Assembly (NCBI RefSeq): GCF_006345805.1 | Contig: NC_043000.1 | Coordinates: 145,204,001-145,268,000, forward strand | Source: Octopus sinensis | Lineage: Eukaryota | Reading direction: 5' to 3' | Length of the DNA: 64,000 nt | Shown here: positions 38,398 through 50,800 of the stretch, piece by piece | Layout: each line of letters starts with the position of its first letter | How positions within the stretch are numbered: the stretch's first letter is position 1 | The notes under the pieces: generated by a model | Told to the model about the DNA's origin: nothing | What the model saw: the letters and a program-made list of their open reading frames with translations, nothing else | The model's database searches: none | Program-made: the position numbers and the translations under genes

Positions 38398-39443
38398 TTT
38401 TTTTATGTGTTGTAAGTCTGATAAGATGTGGATTTTTGTTTAATTTTCCCCTGTTTAATAGACTCGCAACTGTACGATTTACCCGCGCACAATACGTATA
38501 TCTATGTATAAATGTATGTATAACTGCATGTATGCATGTATGCTTGTTTGCATGTATGCGTGAATATATAGGATTCTGATATTTCTGTTATCTTCTATGT
38601 AACATGTGTGTGTTTTGTTTACGAAATATTGACGATTATAAAGAGAGATTTGGCTGAAATGTTAGAATATCTTTAAAACATTTGACGCCAACAATAATTC
38701 ACAATAAATCTCATTAACAAAGTTTTTGTTCAATTAGACAATGCGATAAAAAGAATTCAGTGATACCGTTAGCAATACGTTTAATATCGTTCATGTTTAA
38801 TTAAATTTTCTCTCTTTAGTAATGTGTTTTTTTTGTGAAAATTTATTCATTATATTTCTTCTTCATGTTTTTAAATCATTGTGGGGGGTAATTGTTTTTT
38901 TCAGCATATTGTTCCTATATGAATATTTACAGCAAATAAATGGTCAAAAATACAGACACCTATCGTTTTAATCACGTTAATGATTTTCATCAGGTAGTCA
39001 GCATGCTGAAAACATGTATAGGAAATTCAAAAATTAAATTAATATTCATATACATATGTATATTAAAGGAGCAACAGTAAAAACGACCCATCTCCAACAT
39101 GCTTGAAGTGCCGGGGCATTAAAGAACTACCAAAAACTCCCGATTAAATATGCACATGGCTGACAACGGGCTAATGAAAGAATAGTTTAGGTTCCCTTTA
39201 AAGTTCTGAGCGTTTTTTAATATGCAAAAAGGGATAAAAATATATGACTTTTCAATAAATTTTAATGAATGAAATAACTTCCATTATTATTAATAACTGT
39301 TGCCCATCTATCAAGCAATTTAAATATTCCATCAGCATGACATTTGAGTGGTTTTGAATACAAAAGTTACATAAATACATTTTAACCATAAGAAAACCAT
39401 AGATAGTTATGCGTATACATAACAATAATATTATATATATATG

Positions 39444-39476
<33 letters not shown>

Positions 39477-39977
39477 ATGTGTGTGTGTGTGTGTGTGGTG
39501 TGTGTGTGTCCGTGTGTGTGTGTGTATTATTTACCAGAAGCTATATTTAAGAATGAAAGCAGAAACAATACCAAAGATTTTTTTTCAGCAATCAAAGAAA
39601 CACACTACACAGCGAAAAAAATTAAATGTTACCCTCAGCAGAGATGGTTGTATAACATCCTCCCTTATGGCACTCGTACACTAGTTCGTACAGACTTATA
39701 CGAAGTTATAAGCAGAGGCAAAAGCGTGGCTTGGCGCACATACGCTCACACAGCGAATTAAATACATATTTTGTGTGTATAAGACTGGAGACGATAGAGT
39801 TAATTTATCCAAACCGTAAGGTAAATGATGCTTATGAATTTGGTTAATGATTACTAAAATTCCTTTTCTCTAGTTTGTACGAAAATGACAATCTGTACGA
39901 TCAAATATATATGTATATGAGCTCGTGTACGTATTTCCTACGTAGATAATATCGCTTCTAATATTGCATACTACATA

Positions 39978-40188
39978 AGGCAGCGAGCACATAATCGTTA
40001 GCACGCCAGACACAACTCTGAGCAGCATTTCGTCCGTCTTTGCGTTCTGAGTTTAAATTCCTCCGACGTCGATTTTGCGTTTCATCCCCTTCGAAGTCTA
40101 TAAAAAAATACCAGTTGAGCACTAGTGTCGATGCCACTGACCTACCCCTCCACCGAAATCACTAGCCCTGTGTTAAAATTTGAAACCA
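39978..40188 (+). mobile_element. SINE family B, diverged
   Basis: ggcagcgagc...gttagcacgcc...gttctgagtttaaattcc...tttcatcc...accagttgagcact. Confidence 0.75.
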
Positions 40189-42869
40189 GTATTGCATGAT
40201 ACAACGGATGCAAACTACACAGACTCCGACCCCAACATGTAACTTTCAAAGCCCTACTATTTGCTCTCTACGAGAATCCTCCCTCTCAAGGGCTGTAATA
40301 TACAACGCCACACTCATACCATCCGATGGCGATACATGGAACTAGACGAGCATGGTGAATTATAATTTTAAGAAGTACATATAGCATATGTACTCTTTTA
40401 GATGCAAGGGGAGAGAGAATTCCACTTCTTTCTCGTTTCCTTTGGAGACTCCGTAACAACCTTAGAGAGAACCCAGTCCTACATACTTTGTGCCTGCATT
40501 TGCTAGCTCTGCTTCTGTGAAACCGGCACGATCTCTTCTAAACTGCAGTATTTATCAATCGGAAATTCTTGACAGATATTGTCATCAGAGCTACCTACAA
40601 ATCCTTGTTAAGTTCAAAGCACTATCGTCCGGCACTGTGATGCATTTATTATGATGCTTTACTTACATACCAATATGTCGTATTGCATTAAATGTAACAT
40701 ATCTAAAAATTATTTGATTTTTTTTTTTAAATGTCGTGTCATTTCCAAACAGTAATTTTCATGAGTTTAGTTTCACCGTTTTTCAACAGTGGAGAGATGA
40801 TCTAGTTTTTCGCTCTTTGTCTCCATGAATCAACTTTACTTTAGTTCATATATAACTGATATAGCTTTATTTTTGTCGAATGAAAATGATAGACACACAC
40901 TCTTTTCTGTGCACTCAAACTAGTGCTGTAGATTTTATAATGACGAATGAGTCAGGAAGAAAGCGATCACATACAGAAATCCGTCTCACACAATCTCAGT
41001 TGCAATGGTGGATATATAAAGTATCACTTGGTATAATGCAAGCTTATTTACGCATTATAGAACTTCAATATATCGATCAATTTAGAGAGTTTCAAATAGC
41101 CCTTGTCATCACATCAAATCTTTGTTCAGAAACGAAAAGATAGCTCTAATCAAATAACGGAATTGGAACAAGAACCCTCTATTATACCGCATTCAGTCAG
41201 GCCTCTATTATAGCTTCATAAAATAATATTACAATGAATTGAGCATAATAAAATTCAAATCCGAGTCACTACTTCTCCAGCAGCAATTAATCTATTGACA
41301 CACCTCCCAACAGAAAATAATAAAACAGAACATTATAAGCACATAGAGAAATACAAACACTCGAAAATGTATAAATCATAGTTCTCTTATAAAATAATCA
41401 CCAAAGATATTGCCTTCATTAGGAGAGTATAACGTCCATTCTCCTTGACTATGTCGAAAGTGGCTTCGATTTAAGAAGCAATTAATGTTAATGAGAGCAT
41501 GTTTATCTGTCTCATAGGAGATTTGCACTGAAAATAAAAACCACCTCTGAACATGTGTACGCCCCACTGAAACAAAAAAAAATAATATTACAAAAATAAT
41601 GACACTTATGAACATGATTCACTCGTTGCTGCAACTCTTCTATAGTGATAATGGTGAGATTGACGAGTTTGAAAATAATACTGAGTAACCTCTTACCTTC
41701 TCCTGCGTGAAGAAGAAATGGAGTATTATATTGCACTAAATAAACGGAGAAACAGATTCAGTTACACGAAGAAAGTGAAAACAATTTACACACACGCGCA
41801 CACACACACACACACACGCATACACACACATACACGAATATACACGAGGATTGATTTCAGAAATATGCAATATATAAAAACATAAAATATAAGAATTTAG
41901 TAGATAATTAGGCATTTAAGAACTTGATATCCATTTAATTACAACGAAGCACGAAGTTCGAATCAATTAACAGGATTTAAATTAGAATATTCATAAGGCC
42001 TTGCAGTAACTTTATTTGCATATGTAGTTTGGTAGTTTGGTAACATTTAGTCCAGGAGATATTTAGTTTTGTTATTACCATCTCTAAACTGTTGAATATT
42101 TTAGAATTCCTTATTTACGTATAAGGATTAGTAGATTAAGTTTCCGGCTAATCCAATAACTGCCACGCGTGCCTCTTCGTGGTGTTTTGACGTGCTATTA
42201 TTTGCAACAAGGGCCCCCTTATATTTTGTCTTCAGATCATGAAATAATGGACATAATCTTTGATAATGCATTGTAAAATGTATCTAAGAAAAAACGTTTG
42301 TAAGGTAATAGGCAGAATTCTCTTCGGCTGAGTTGGATTTAAATATCGAGATAAACAATGCAACAAATATCGAGATAAACAATGCAACAAACAGTAGTGA
42401 TAGGCAAGATTGCTCCCTATGTCACTAAACGTTAAATATCTGTTGGTATTATTATGTGTCTATTGCCTCCATCGAAATATGGTGGGATATAAATAAATAC
42501 ACGCAAGATATGATCTTCCTGCCTTATTAATAGCTTGTACGTCTATTTTATATTTGCCCTGTGCTTAGACGACAAAACGATTTGTTGCAGGTATGGCAAC
42601 TATTTTTTTAGTAGGTTGAGCGTCACAGAGATCCTCCTCTAATTCTATCGTTGCTTTTCACTATCGAAGAATATCCAAGAAATTCGATAAAGATACTGCA
42701 AGTACAACAAAAGCAAATGGATGAGATATTAACTGTTAAATGCATAAGAAAGTAATAAGTTCTCTTTCAAATATTATTGCTTTTCGCTAAATATTTGTCG
42801 GTTATTACACGTTGGCCGTTTTATTTCAATTATTACGTTACTCGCTAATTAACAGCAACGTATAAAACC

Positions 42870-43440
42870 TTTAATTTAATCAAAATCTATTCGTCACTAG
42901 AAGACTTAGACCTTAATTCTCCGATCCCACAAGTAAAACTAAATGGACAACAAATTAATATACGAAAATCAAAACATGTGGCTCTTTTACCACGAAATGT
43001 ACTCCCACAGAATGGAGAAACATTAACGCTGTTGTCATACGAGTAGTAGCATTCAGTTACTACAAATAAGCTAATGCAAAATTATATATTCTTGATAAAG
43101 AAAAACATATATCACATCTAAAGAAGAAAATTGAAAAAAAAATATTTAAATAACCTAAAATAATGAGACAAGAAACAAGCAACATGTAAACATATAATTC
43201 AAATTTTAACTATCCAGAAATTGCAAACTCGAACAAATATAGCTACGATAATAGACATGGTAATGTATTAACAAATACATTATTGGAAAAATGAAAAGTT
43301 CAACAATCCGAGTTCTTAGACAATAAGGAACAGCTTAAGAAGATTAAGGTTTACAGAAAGGATTTAAGAACTAAAAGGTATGAGAAATTTAATAACAGAA
43401 GAAATAAGATAGGAATATGACAATACAGTAGGAGTGTAAA
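42870..43440 (+). mobile_element. Possible 5' ORF fragment of a Penelope-like element
   Basis: FLDNKEQLKKIKVYRKDLRTKRYEKF resembles basic N-terminal stretches of PLE ORFs; many stops; recall-level similarity only. Confidence 0.25.
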
Positions 43441-43456
43441 TATTAAAAATATATGT

Positions 43457-43880
43457 ATTGGCGCAGGGGTGGCTGTGTGGTAAGTAGCTTGCTAACCAAC
43501 CACATGGTTCCGGGTTCAGTCCCACTGCGTGGCATCTTGGGCAAGTGTCTTCTGCTATAGCCCCGGGCCGACCAATGCCTTGTGGGTGGATTTGGTAGAC
43601 GGAAACTGAAAGAAGTCTTTCGTATATATGTTTATATATATGTATGTGTATGTGTGTATTTGTGTGTCTTTCTTTGTCCCCCTAGAATTGCTTGACAACC
43701 GATGCTGGTGTGTTTACGTCCCCTTCACTTAGCGGTTCGGCAAAAGAGACAGATAGAATAAGTACTGGGCTTACGAAGAATAAGCCCCGGGGTCGATTTG
43801 CTCGACTAAAGGCGGTGCTCCAGCATGGCCGCAGTCAAATGACTGAAACAAGTAAAAGAGTAAAGAGTAAAGAGTAAAGA
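43457..43880 (+). mobile_element. SINE family A, full length
   Basis: Same head, CORE-like region and tail as 5458-5870; (gagtaaa)n end. Confidence 0.92.
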
Positions 43881-45153
43881 GAATATTTCAGACGTCTTTT
43901 CTGCGCTCAACAGCAGAAAATCACAAATCTAATTAGTAATAGTTTCAGAAAGTGAAACAATCATGAATTTAGGCAGGGTATATAAAATATAATGGGTTGC
44001 AAGAGGAATTGTAATGCACTCTGCTGCATTCTTCTGCGTAGCCATTTGTACAGCAGCAATTAAATCAAAGCAAATGACATACAAAACTATGAAATGAGAA
44101 ATAGATGAAAATGCGTCCAAGTAAGAAGGAAAGTTTCCAAAGAAGAGACATTATTAATATCTTAATAGATAGACATAAATATAACAAACGTCCCACACTT
44201 ACTAATTTCGAGAAGACTCAAATCAAAGAAAAATTTTAGAACAAATATTACACCCGCATTACATTTCTCCCATAGGCGGAGATCAATATCAAAAATAAGA
44301 TAAAATACAAAGAAACTACTTATCTAATATTCTCTACTGGAGCCCACGTGACATATGAAAACTAGAACGAAATCATAAAATACTTTCTTATTAATTGTCG
44401 TCTGAGTTGATAGCTGCCACTGGAAAGGAATCAGCGAATACATATATATATTACATGTAAAAATGCGAGCAAGAGAAAACTATTCTTAAGATTATAAATC
44501 TGGAAAAGTACAGGACATGTTATTAGCGTTGGAAAAGTTCAGGACAAGTTATTAAACTGATAAAGTACAGAACAAGTCTTAGTCATAATTGTAAAAATTC
44601 TTCTTCTATGTAGTTTATAATAATAGCTTTAGCCATTTATTCATTCATAAATAATTATTAATTGTTTTTAATATATCCTCCGTAACGTATTTTTACATCA
44701 TATCCGTGGTTTTTACGGTGGATCAAATTTATCAGTGTTTTGTCATGAACACTGTGCTTGGTATTTGAATTCATAACTTGAATATATAGATAAAGGTTGA
44801 CACATTTCCCTTGCCGGCTGTAGCACATGTTAACGCCAAGGTAAGGTCTTGTTTTGATTTCTATTTACAGGAATGTTCCCCTGACGAGTCAAATGGATCC
44901 CTTAATAGGTCTCTACCGTCGAAATTACAATATGGAAACAACCAGTTATATTTAAGTTGTTGATTCTATTTTATCATATCACCCGCAGATAGCTTTAATC
45001 GTGAAGGGAAATACGATGAGCGATTTAAATGACTCTATAGCGGTTTTGACTACAATTTCTAACGATGTCAGGGTTTTGAAACCCACTTGGTTACAATGAT
45101 AACTTGTTCATAATTATCAACATTCTTCTTCTTCTACACACACAAACACACAT

Positions 45154-45230
<77 letters not shown>

Positions 45231-45525
45231 TATAAAGCGAGCATAAACAAGTAAAACATCTGGCGTCATTTGAGCGCATGTAATTTATAATTCAAACATA
45301 ATTGGACTGTGTTTACTGGAAATGACGTGTTCCGAAATAATGCTTAAAGTCTATTTCAATTGTTTCTACAATAGCGGAGTCTGCGGTGCATATGTGCTTG
45401 AGCACCTATGTCCATATGAGCCAACTGATTCGAGTTCAGGGTGAAAGATTTAAGGAATATTCGTCATGAACGATAATAACTGTAAGGAGATTCATGATCG
45501 AAGAATTAAGTAGATACCTATTATG

Positions 45526-45596
<71 letters not shown>

Positions 45597-45778
45597 ATTA
45601 GGGCTTAGTAAAATAAATTACTTTGCCACATACTGAACTTAGTAGAAATAGCAGCCCCAAAAAATTTTTTTAGCCATTTCTACTACTTAAAGAAAATTTC
45701 TCTCAGATAATGTTTACTCCAGACAGCTCACGAAGGTTTGGAGGTAAATACAGAAAAATATCACAAGTACATAGATCG

Positions 45779-45841
45779 TTTGAGTACGTCAACGTTTCAA
45801 GATTAGCCAAATAAAATCAGCATTTCTTTCGTCAGCTCAAA
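45779..45841 (-). ncRNA. Type I hammerhead ribozyme (minus-strand copy)
   Basis: Reverse complement is identical (63/63 by eye) to 46489-46551. Confidence 0.85.
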
Positions 45842-46488
45842 ATTTCTTAATTTGGATTTGGAAACACTAAAAAGAAGGAACTTTACCTATCGGCGAACTT
45901 GTCGCTTCAGATGAACCAGCTCCAACTGCCAGTGCCAACAAATTCAAAAATGCGCAGGCGTAAATTTCTGCACTCCTCATTCCACCCACGTAGCAAACAT
46001 TATATTTTAACCGCGAGAACCGAGGCAGTATGACCGAGAGAAATAAATTATAATATCAACAATTGAGGGTAAAATTAATTAATCAATTAATGGCAAAAAA
46101 AATTTTTGGGGGCTGCTATTTCTACTAAGTTCAGTATGTGGCAAAGTAATTTATTTTACTAAGCCCTAATTATATAATGTAATATTTTGAATTCGCCTTA
46201 AATGGTCCTTTTACATACTGAACACTTGGTGAAATTGATTAATTAATTTTACCCTCAATTGTTGATATTATAATTTATTTCTCTCGGTCATACTGCCTCG
46301 GTTCTCGCGGTTAAAATATAATGTTTGCTAGATAGACCACGTGGGTGGAATGAGGAGTGCAGAAATTTACGGCTGCGTATTTTTGAATTTGTTGGCACTG
46401 GCAGTTGGAGCTGGTTCATCTGAAGCGACAAGTTCGCCGATAGGTAAAGTTCCTTCTTTTTAGTGTTTCCAAATCCAAATTAAGAAAT

Positions 46489-46551
46489 TTTGAGCTGACG
46501 AAAGAAATGCTGATTTTATTTGGCTAATCTTGAAACGTTGACGTACTCAAA
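46489..46551 (+). ncRNA. Type I hammerhead ribozyme, intact
   Basis: Stem I tttgag/ctcaaa; core CTGACGA 46495-46501; stem II aaga/tctt; GAAA 46532-46535; stem III ACG-ttga-CGT; predicted cleavage after GUA (A46545). Confidence 0.88.
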
Positions 46552-46815
46552 CGATCTATGTACTTGTGATATTTTTCTGTATTTACCTCCATAGCTGTCT
46601 GGAGTAAACATTATCTGAGAGAAATTTTCTTTAAGTAGTAGAAATAGCTAAAAAGTTTTTTTTGGCTGCTATTTCTACTAAGTTCAGTATGTGGCAAAGT
46701 AATTTATTTTACTGAGCCCTAATTATATAATGTAATATTTTGAATTCGCCTTAAATGGTCCTTTTACATACTGAACACTTGGTGAAATTGATTAATTAAT
46801 TTTACCCTCAATTGT

Positions 46816-46868
<53 letters not shown>

Positions 46869-47530
46869 ATATATATATACGTGCTACAGTCACCTCATCC
46901 TTCCCACTCCCCGAGCCCAAGCCTCAACGATTCTAACCTCGCCTAGTGTCCCTCGATGACACGTCCCGCCAACACACCTCCGACATATTCTCCTTCACTG
47001 TCATTCTCTACTCTTCGCATGTCCTCTGTCTTCTGAGCCAACGTCTCACTACCAACCCAATAATCACGAAATGTATGTGTTTCAGTTGTGTTTTATAGTG
47101 TGAAAAATGTTATCTTTATTTCTAACGATTGATTTTGCAGCATATATTTTGTTTGTTTTTATTTACATAAAGAAAAATATCTGTAATTTCTTTTGGAGGT
47201 TTTAAGTGAAGCAGTAATAGGGCGTGTTTGAAGATGGTTCACTTGAGAAAATACCATTTTGGAAGTCTTTACAGTGTATTGATCATGGATAGATTTACTA
47301 ATCAAATTATTGTATCTAGTTACACATTTTCGTGTATATTGTTCTTTAAAAAGAGTAGAATTTATTCAAGCAACAAAGCAAAACACTAAATACATTCCTA
47401 ATGTTCTGATATATATAATCTGATGAGTTTGTTATGTTATATATATATATATATTACGGAGATGTACTTGCATAGCAAGTAACTTGATCTGAGATTGTTT
47501 GCTGAAACGAAAACAATTGCAGCGAGTCAG

Positions 47531-47743
47531 GTGTTTATAAGCAATTTAAAAACATAGAAAAACCGCTAGATTCACTTCAACATTTAAATTTAAGTTGTCA
47601 AAATATTTTTGTCGATTTGAAGCCGCGACCTGTTCACTGACAAAAGTCCGTGATGCAGCAGAGAATAATATTTTGACAACTTAAATTTAAATGTTGAAAT
47701 GAATTTAAACGTTTTTATGTGTTTTCAAATTGCTTATAAACAC
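47531..47743. repeat. ~77-bp-arm inverted repeat around a 59-nt spacer
   Basis: gtgtttataagcaattt...ttcaacatttaaatttaagttgtcaaaatatt versus aatattttgacaacttaaatttaaatgttgaa...aaattgcttataaacac. Confidence 0.88.
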
Positions 47744-48579
47744 ATTCCATGCTGCAATTGCTTATATTAATATATATATAATGCTACATATGCATATCGA
47801 TATAAAATGGGTGAAATAATATTACGCCATAGAAATGATTACGAAACGATTTAATCATATGGAAATTATATGAGAATAATAAATTTGTATTCACAACTCG
47901 TACATTCCATTTTGCGATTATATTTTACATTTTGTAGAAAGCTTACCAACTTGTATATCCTGGACTTTATATTACATGGAGGAATTAAGGCAGAATGTAA
48001 ATGAATTAATATATGAACTCGTATTCGATTTCATGTGAGATAAGTCACTCCGTGTCCTGCATGTATGCACAAATACAAAACAGAATATAATGAATAACAG
48101 TGATTTCATTTCCCTGCAATGGAGGTATAGTAGCTGTTATTTGAAAGGAGTTTCGGTCCATTACTTCGAAACAAATCATCTGGCCTGTTTGAATATATTA
48201 TATGAAGCTAGAGATCTTTGTAATTAATGTGTGCTAATAAAAATAACATGTATTGGTTCTGACACTTCCCGCTTCCTTTCTTTGAAAACAATGATGCATA
48301 ACGGTAAGTCAGACCAAATTAACAAAGGATGACGCCTCAAGCCAAATATTTCTGTTCTTCAGGTATTCACCACTAGAGGAAGAGGCATCCAGTCGTCATT
48401 ATCAGTTGCTTAATGTAGGATTTACTGCAAGATTATGTGTGGAATGTAGTCGATTATAACGTTTTGAAGCAATGTTATTCGACAGCTAAAAGTGGAGAGT
48501 GAAGCGAGGATAGTGATAAAATTCTTACAAATTGGAAAAACAGCGGTAAAATGGATCTGACTGTAAATGTCATTGAACC

Positions 48580-50800
48580 AAGCACGCATGTTCGAAAGAC
48601 GAGATTACCTAACACGAAATCAATTCAGAATATGCAAAAACGAATCACTGATGAGTCGATGAGTTTCAAGAAAGGGGTGAATGACAATATAGTACAAGCT
48701 TGAAAGTTAAATGAAAACCTCAAGAAATCTGTGGAAAGAAATGAAGTTGTCATGACTGTGGGAAATAACAAGAAAGGAAATAACGATGACATGGAAAATG
48801 CTAAGCATTCGATAGAAACACACGTAATTATTATGAACATTGAATCTTGGCTAATACATGAAGTCATATAAGATGAAAACTAACAGCCTTTCCTACGATG
48901 AAAATGAATCCTAAATAATTCAGAAAACAGAGTATTTAAAACTGAAATGTATTAACGGAGGCAAACACCTATATAAACCGAAGTAGTTACAATGCTGCAA
49001 AAGAGCACAGTATCAGTAATAGAATCAGTATTTTGGGAAGGTGGAAAAAGGCAATTTAATAAATGGACACGAGAAGACTTACCTTGTAAAGAAATTCAAC
49101 ATGTGTGAGAAAAGTTTCACAATTATAATAAGACACATGTAACAAGTGAGTCCAAATTAAACTATGATGTGTATATCACATTGCGAACATGTAACAGACA
49201 TTTTGAATTCAATCAGGCTGTTTCCCATAACATTCGATGGCATAAAATGAAGATAACACGAAATGTGGAAGGAGCAAATAATATTCAAGATAGGAATCTG
49301 TTATATTCCGTTACATATAATGGAAAAGCAGATAGGATTCAGACCCTTAAACGGAACTTAGCACTTGAGAGGTATAAGAACCAATCTTAAGAATTAAGGA
49401 CAATGTCTCCTGCTATTTACAGTTAATACTAAAATGGAGAGCATGATGTCGAAATAGGTTTAAAAGTTCTCAATACTTTTAAGACACATACACACAGAAA
49501 TTTGAGATCATTCGAAATTAAATGTCATAAAGGAAGTATTTTGCAGCTAAAATACTTCGAAATGAAGGATCCAACTACTGGAATTGCAATTGGGAATTAT
49601 AGATACAGTCTTTCCTAGAAGTTACTAACAAAGACATACTGCGTGAAACTCATGGAATGATTTCATCTACAATAAATTAGTAACATAGAGTATAAAGGTA
49701 GATTAAAAGGTAATCTACAGCAATTTGATTATTGAAAAAATTGTGAGGAAAAATTGAAGCATGCACAGGTCGTCTTTAGAACTCTTTCGAAAATGTTCAA
49801 CATTCTTCGATTTTAACACCGCTTAGCAAGAAACCATTACTGCTGAGATGAGCTAGAAGAGGTAATTGATACTGAATATGAAATCGCTAGGAAGAATAGC
49901 TGTTAACAGAGATACTGTCAAAGATGACAATTCTGTACCGTGTTATATGGCAAGGCACTAAGATACATCACAATGGCATATCATAAAATTAACATGATCG
50001 AAAAGCCAGGAAGAAACCCATCTCTAAATCCTCCACTCATCAAGAATCATTTATTTATATCTGTAAGTTATAAAAATGTATATATGTTCACTTGTATTTT
50101 CGGTAATATTTGAGTCGATATGTTTTTGTAATACTGTAGTGGATATTGGCTTAATAAAATGTCGAATTAACCATGCCGAGATGAAGGTGAAGCCATTTTA
50201 CGGGAATACGCTTATCGGAAAGGCAGATTCAAAGGCATATAGATACAATTTTCATCTAATACGAAAAATAGTTGATCTACAACAAAATGAAAGTAAAACG
50301 TGTAAATAATACATTTGAAAAGATGAATGCATATATTAAAATCCATATTTATTTCGAGAAATGTAACAAATGCAATCGACACATGCGTGTTTGCCATGAA
50401 GCCATATATCATAGGAACGGAAAATTTGGAGAGAAATGAAATAGAGACACTGGAGCGAAAAGAAAACTAAGAAGACTTTGCAAATGGCAGGCTTTTACGC
50501 ATAAAACGCAACCGCAGAGGAAGAAGACACATTCTCATTTCTGATAATGTGAATGTAGTACCAAGGGCAGAGGGCTATTACCATACATAGTCCAAAGGTA
50601 ACATCATGCAATACAACTATGAATAACTCAAAAGGAAGCAAAAGAAGTTACAGAATTATGTCAACATAGACGCCAATATTTATCAAAATAAAAGACCCAA
50701 AGCGATATATTAAAGGAAAATAATGCAAAATTTATGGTATCTGCTCAAGAGCAAGATGCAAACACTAGTTCAAACAAGAAGGATATTCAATCCTTCGCTC
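48580..50800 (+). mobile_element. Highly decayed R4/Dong-like LINE
   Basis: 50390-50580 (PYIIGTENLERNEIETLERK..KTLQMAGF...GRG) parallels the post-RT region at 57290-57470; boundaries approximate. Confidence 0.5.

Larger units (their letters stand above)
45591..46820 (+). mobile_element. Retrozyme-like non-autonomous PLE derivative: inverted arm plus a 1.3-unit direct array of a ~553-bp monomer
   Basis: 45591-46088 is the reverse complement of most of the monomer; 46111-46267 is repeated at 46664-46820; one HHR per orientation; (TA)n on both flanks. Confidence 0.88.

Noticed and set aside
38955-38997. Minus-strand CTGATGA-aatca/tgatt-AAAAC as a hammerhead
   Set aside because: Stem II is plausible, but the core G is missing and no cleavage triplet or stem I can be formed
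42341-42388. 24-bp tandem duplication aaatatcgagataaacaatgcaac x2
   Set aside because: Ordinary slippage duplication with no further structure
44501-44582. Three ~29-bp imperfect repeats as a CRISPR-like array
   Set aside because: No spacers and eukaryotic context; a simple minisatellite
47420-47426. CTGATGA motif
   Set aside because: No downstream GAAA or stems
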